Shown here: positions 59,100 to 64,000 of the stretch, in pieces
Numbering within the stretch: position 1 is the stretch's first letter
Layout of the letters: every line of letters begins with the position of its first letter
Assembly (NCBI RefSeq): GCF_030144855.1
Contig: NC_082709.1
Span: 53,196,001-53,260,000 of the forward strand
Source: Hypanus sabinus
Lineage: Eukaryota
Reading direction: 5' to 3'
Length of the DNA: 64,000 bases
Made by a program: the position numbers and the translations under genes
Notes under the pieces: model-generated
Seen by the model: only the letters and a program-made list of their open reading frames with translations
The model's database searches: none
Told to the model about the DNA's origin: nothing

Positions 59100-59585
59100 T
59101 CAGATGATCAGGGTCTTTTTGAAGGATGCCACCATCTTGAGGCCCTGCCTCTTGAAGATGTCCTTGGCAGTGTCCTGTGATGGAGCTTTCTGGGCTTACA
59201 ACTCTATGCAGCATCTTTCAATCCTGTGCCTTGGAGCCCTCATGCCAGGTGCCATTGCAACCATTTCGAAAGCTCATCTTCTAGATCTGTAGAAATTCAC
59301 AAAAATCTTTGGTGACATACCAAATCTTCTCAAACCACTAATGAATTGGAGCTGCTGGAGTGCCTTTCTAATTGCACTAATGTGTTGGGACCAAGATAGA
59401 TCCTCCGAGATGTTGACGCTCAGGACCTTGAATCTGCTCACCTTTTCCACCACTAACACCTGAATGAGGACTAGTGTGTGTTTTCCTGACTTCCCCTTCC
59501 AGAAGTTAACAATCAGTTCCTTGATCCTGATGATGCTGAATGTCAGTTTGTTGTTGTGGGACCATTTAACCAGCTGATCTATCAT
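59100..59585 (-). mobile_element. Rex1/Babar-like LINE fragment
   Basis: IKELIVNFWK...KVLSVNISEDLSWSQHI...LRRFGMSPKIFVNFYR in ORF 59274-59651 (-). Confidence 0.7.
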
Positions 59586-59589
59586 GAAG

Positions 59590-61730
59590 TCACAGAGTCT
59601 TAGAAAAATACAGCATAGAAACAGGCCCTCATCCCATCTAGGCAGAGCCAATCATTTAAACTATGTACTCCCATTGACATACATTGGGACCATAGTACTC
59701 CATATCCCTACTTATCTAATCTTCCCTTGATTGTTGAAATTTAGCTTGCTTGTCCCATTTCTTCTGGCAGCTTGTTCCACACACTGATGACACTCTGAGT
59801 GAAGAAGTTTTCCCTCATGTTCCCCTTAAAATTTTCACCTTTCACCCTTAACTCATGACCTCTGGTTGTTGTCCCACTCAACCTCAGTGGAAAAAGCTTG
59901 TTTTCATTTACTCTATTGATACCCCTCATAATTTTGTATACAGGTGTCCCCTGCTTTATGAATGTTTGCTTTACGCCACTTCGCTTTTACAAAAGACGTA
60001 CATTAGTAACCTGTTTTCACATTACAGAGACGATTTTCACTTTTACAACAATATTTCCCATATAATTTAATGGTTCTTCACTTTACGCCATTTCAGTTTA
60101 AGAAAGGTTTCATAGGAATGCTCTACCTACGTAAAGGGGGGACACCTGTACCTCTATCTAATCTCCTCTCTATCTTTTCCATGCCAAGTAATTAAAACAT
60201 AATCTATACCATCTTTCCTTATAGCTCAGGTCTTCCAGATATTGAAAAATCCTTGTAAATTTTCTTTGTTCTTTTTCAACCTTAATTATATCTTTCCTGT
60301 AGGTTGGTGACCAAAATTGCACACAATACTTCATATCAGGCCTCACAAATATCTTATACAACTTCAACATAATATCCCATCAGTACATTGATATATGAAG
60401 ATCAATGTGCCAAAAGCTTTCTTTATGACCCTATCTAACTGTGATGCCACTTTCAATGAATTATGGACCTGTATTCCCAGATCCCTTTGTTCTATCACAC
60501 TCCTCAGCGCCCTACTGTTCACTGCGTAAGGCCTATCCTGGTTGGTCCTGCTGAAGTACAACACCACACACTTGTTTGCATTAAGCTCCATCTACCATTT
60601 TTCAGCACATTTTCCATCTGGTTCAGATCCCACTGCCAGCCATGACAGCCTTTCTCACTCTTCACTGTACCCCCAAACTTGGCGACATCAGCAAATTTTT
60701 TGATCTAATTAACCACATTATCATCCAGATCATTGATAGAAATGACAAACAATAATGGACCCAGAACTGCTCCCTGTGGCACACCACTAGCCACAGGCCT
60801 TTAGTCAGAGAGGCAATCATCTACTGAACTCTTTGACTTCTCACATAAAGCCAATGTCTAATCCAATTTACTACCTCATCTTGAATGAAAAAGGCTGAAC
60901 ATCCTTGATCATTTTCCTATGTGAGACCTTGCTAAAGCCCATGCAGACAATATCTACTGCCTTGTCTTCATAAACTTTCCTGGTAATTTCCTCAGAAAAC
61001 TTCATAAGGTTAGTTAGATAGTTAGTGTGTTAGATAGTTAGTTAAATTAGATAGATAGCTAGTGTGTGATCTACCACACATGAAGCCATGTTGACTGTCC
61101 TTAATCTATCCAAATACTGATATATCTGGTCCCTCAGACGACCTTCTAATGTCAGGTTTATCGGCCTGAAATTTCCTGGTTTATTTTTACAACCTTTCTT
61201 GAACAGCGGAACCACATTAGCTACCCTCCAATCCTCTGGCATGACACTTGTCACTAAAGATGATTTGAATATGTCTGCTAGGGCTGCAGGTGGGGCCACA
61301 GGGTCTGCAAGAACACCTTGTCACACCCAGCGGATTTATCCACTCTAATTTACCTCCTCCTTTGTAATCCATATAGAGCCCATGAAGTTGATGTTGCATT
61401 CCCTCACTTAGATAGAATCTGTGTCCATCTCCTGAGTAAATATCAATGCAAAAGAAATTATTTAAGATCTCCCTATCTCTTTTGGCTCCACACATGGATT
61501 ACCATTCTGATCTTCCAGAGGACTAATTTTATCCCTTGCAATCCTTTTGATCTTAACATATCTGTAGAATCCCTTAGGATTCCCTTCAACTTGTTGGCTA
61601 GAGCAACTTCACGCCTTCTTTTAGTCCTTCTGCTTTAAGTGTTTTTGTGCATTCTTATTCTCCATAAGTACCCCATTGGTTCCACCTGCCTATACCTGCT
61701 ATGCACCTCCATTTTTTCTTAAACCAGTAT
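59590..61730 (-). mobile_element. CR1 LINE ORF2 fragment (degraded, about 2 kb)
   Basis: PEDWRVANVVPLFKKG...PGNFRPINLT, MELNANKCVVLYF, LYKIFVRPDMKYCVQFWSP peptides. Confidence 0.85.
59941..60148. mobile_element. Tc1/mariner-superfamily (pogo/Tigger-like) MITE, 208 bp, nested in CR1
   Basis: Terminal inverted repeats CAGGTGTCCCC...GGGGACACCTG flanked by TA on both sides. Confidence 0.85.
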
Positions 61731-61839
61731 TTCAGTATTTAAAGAGCACCTGAATGGAGGTTCAGTGCTCAATCACAAACCCAGCTTTGGTTATTGTCTG
61801 GTGTCTTGTTTAATGTTCTTTTTCCACATGAGCTCTGGT

Positions 61840-64000
61840 GTCAGCATGCAGACCAGAAGCCAGGAACCCTGAACACAGCTTCCATGACCACGGTCAGCAA
61901 ATCCCAGTCCAAAACAACATCCTGGGTGAAGTGCCTATGCTCAGAGAACTAAATAGCTTCTGTTATCAGGAACATATTGCAGAGAAATCTTTGTAATGGG
62001 GTTGATCCTTTATTCAGACACTAATCTATAGTAATACTACAATAATATGAATGCAATATGTGTAGAGGCAGCTGGTAGATATGAAGTAGTACCTTTATTC
62101 ACCAAAATGAGACACAGCAGGCATTATATTTACAGCCTTTCAGAGGAGAAGGTCTGCTCGACCCAACATTACATGACATTTTATATGTTAAATATTAAAG
62201 GACAATTGTATATTTATGATGTATCTACAATACTTCCTTTGAATTACATATATCTTCCACACCTCCTTCTCTTCATCCACACTACAGACACCCAAATGAA
62301 AGTTAATTCAGCAATATTTGGTTTTCCAATTAACTGTGGTTCACAGCTCTTTGGAACCCATTGCCCAGCGCTGCATTTTAAGTTTAATTTACAGTTCATA
62401 TACAGATCTGAACTTTGGTGGCTACAGTTAGATGATGAAGTTAGTAGTTAATGTTTTTCCATATTTGTCCTAACCCCAAAAATGCCCAAGCAGTGGTTTG
62501 AGGAACTACTCCACACATTGTGGATCAATGCATGACTACGGTCAGAACTGTCCCACAGACCTGTGATTCAAACTCTGAGGTAAAGTGAACTCAGGACCAT
62601 AAACATATTAGCTGTTTACTGCACTATTGCTATTGTTGACACTAGGTGGCATGAACAGAATGACAGATTCTGATATCACTTTCTCAGGAACTTCATTGGG
62701 GTTTTGCAGCATTTTGTTTGCCTGCCACAGTGTGAATGCTTCAGTTTCTGGGTACTGGATTACTCATAATCCTTGATTACTGTTTATCAGCACATTTGTT
62801 AATTTATTTATTAGCAAAGTGGATTCTTGAGAGTGCAATGGGGAATTTATCCCACACAAACTTGGCCGATAGATAAAGAGACCATCGGTTCATGAGCTTC
62901 CCACAAAACCATGTTGGACGTGCCCAATGTGTGCACACTGCCCCTGCATCAGTGAACTGGTACTCCCACACACGGCACAGTGGATCACCTCAACGGTCAA
63001 CGCTGCTCAGAAATACTCAACTGTGGGAGATCGTCATTCTGGTTATAGATCAGATTAACCAAACACTGACATGTTTGCTCCAAGTTTAACCCATTGAAAA
63101 CGAAAGAGTTAAGGTTAGTGTTACTGGAATGATGCCTGGAAAATTGCAGAAGGGCTAAGAGATGTGCAGCGCACCACAAATTGGAATTGAATGTTATTGA
63201 ATGCTCTTACGTCAGAACTTTGCAGATGATGGAGCGGAACGATATTGCTTCGGGTATGTGTTCTCTCAGACCTCACCCTTGACGTTGCCTTCCAGTTGGT
63301 GACCAGGTAAGCACTGGATTGGTGTTGCCAGGAAATGATCTCAACAGCAATAAACCTATTGAATAGCCACGTGTCACTGGCTCCTGCAAGATCTTGTGTT
63401 GGGCTCTGCTGGTATCAAGAAATCAAACTACCAGAGTGGAAGAAAGGACATTGAAACTATAAAACGTGGATTGAATGGAATTTCTGGCATGTTAGGAATG
63501 TTAAGAAAATGCAGTTAGGAAATTTGAGATTTCAAAACAATTTTCATTGGAGCAGAAAAGGATTACTTTAATAGGAGGTTAACAGATCAATTCAGAAATT
63601 TGTTGTGGTCAAAGGGGAGTATCAGTTTCTAAGAGTGAAGAGAAGGGTGTGGTCCATTGATTTGAACCTGTCACAAAGCAAATGAGAGTGAAGTGAAATC
63701 AGACAATATTGGAAAAAAAATACCAGGTCAGGCTATGGAGAAACAGTTGACATTTCAGTTTGATTACCAGTTAATAAGAGCATTACCAACAAGGGATGTC
63801 CCTTTAGGACATAAATGAGGAATGTTTCTTCAGGCAGAAGATGGTGAATCTGTGGAATTCATTGCTACAGACAAATACGGAGGCCAAATATTGGGTATAT
63901 TTAAAGTGAAGTTTGACCGGTTCTTGATTTGTAACAGTGTCAAAGGTTACTGGGTGAAGGCAGGAGAATGCATTTGAGAAGGATAATGAATCAGCCATGA
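61840..64000 (+). repeat. Third copy of the upstream block; probable 5' region of a fourth SPP2-like gene beyond the window
   Basis: Colinear with 45840-47710 and 16840-18840. Confidence 0.8.

Overview
This is vertebrate genomic DNA, most likely from a cartilaginous fish (ray-like; inferred only from the repeat landscape of CR1, Rex1/Babar and V-SINE-type elements). Almost all ORFs in the six-frame track are spurious or transposon fragments. The real genes are spliced, and I reconstructed them by eye. The window holds a + strand tandem cluster of three secreted phosphoprotein 24 (SPP2/Spp24)-like genes: copy A 6484-9711, copy B 29213-35570 and copy C 51251-57076. The upstream region of a probable fourth copy starts near 61840. 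Each gene has a signal peptide and a cystatin/cathelin-fold domain (exons 1-4), followed by related microexons. In B and C these are 45-nt phase-0 microexons that build a repetitive Ser/Glu/Lys tail rich in S-x-E motifs, an architecture reminiscent of SCPP/casein genes. In copy A a 5-nt-shorter microexon shifts the frame, predicting a cationic amphipathic tail ending in Gly (LKAWRTPVREVYKRVKQVKRIVG), and the folded domain itself is also net basic. Copy A is therefore a candidate cathelicidin-like antimicrobial derivative of an Spp24 gene; this is the main hypothesis and it is untested. Other notable elements are a young Gmr1-type Gypsy retrotransposon with an in-frame loss of the integrase core (21163-26640), an 18-copy 49-bp minisatellite in which nearly every unit carries a CTCF-like motif (57429-58332), an old ERV-like relic, three solo LTRs with target-site duplications, a HERO-like LINE fragment and a TA-flanked MITE.
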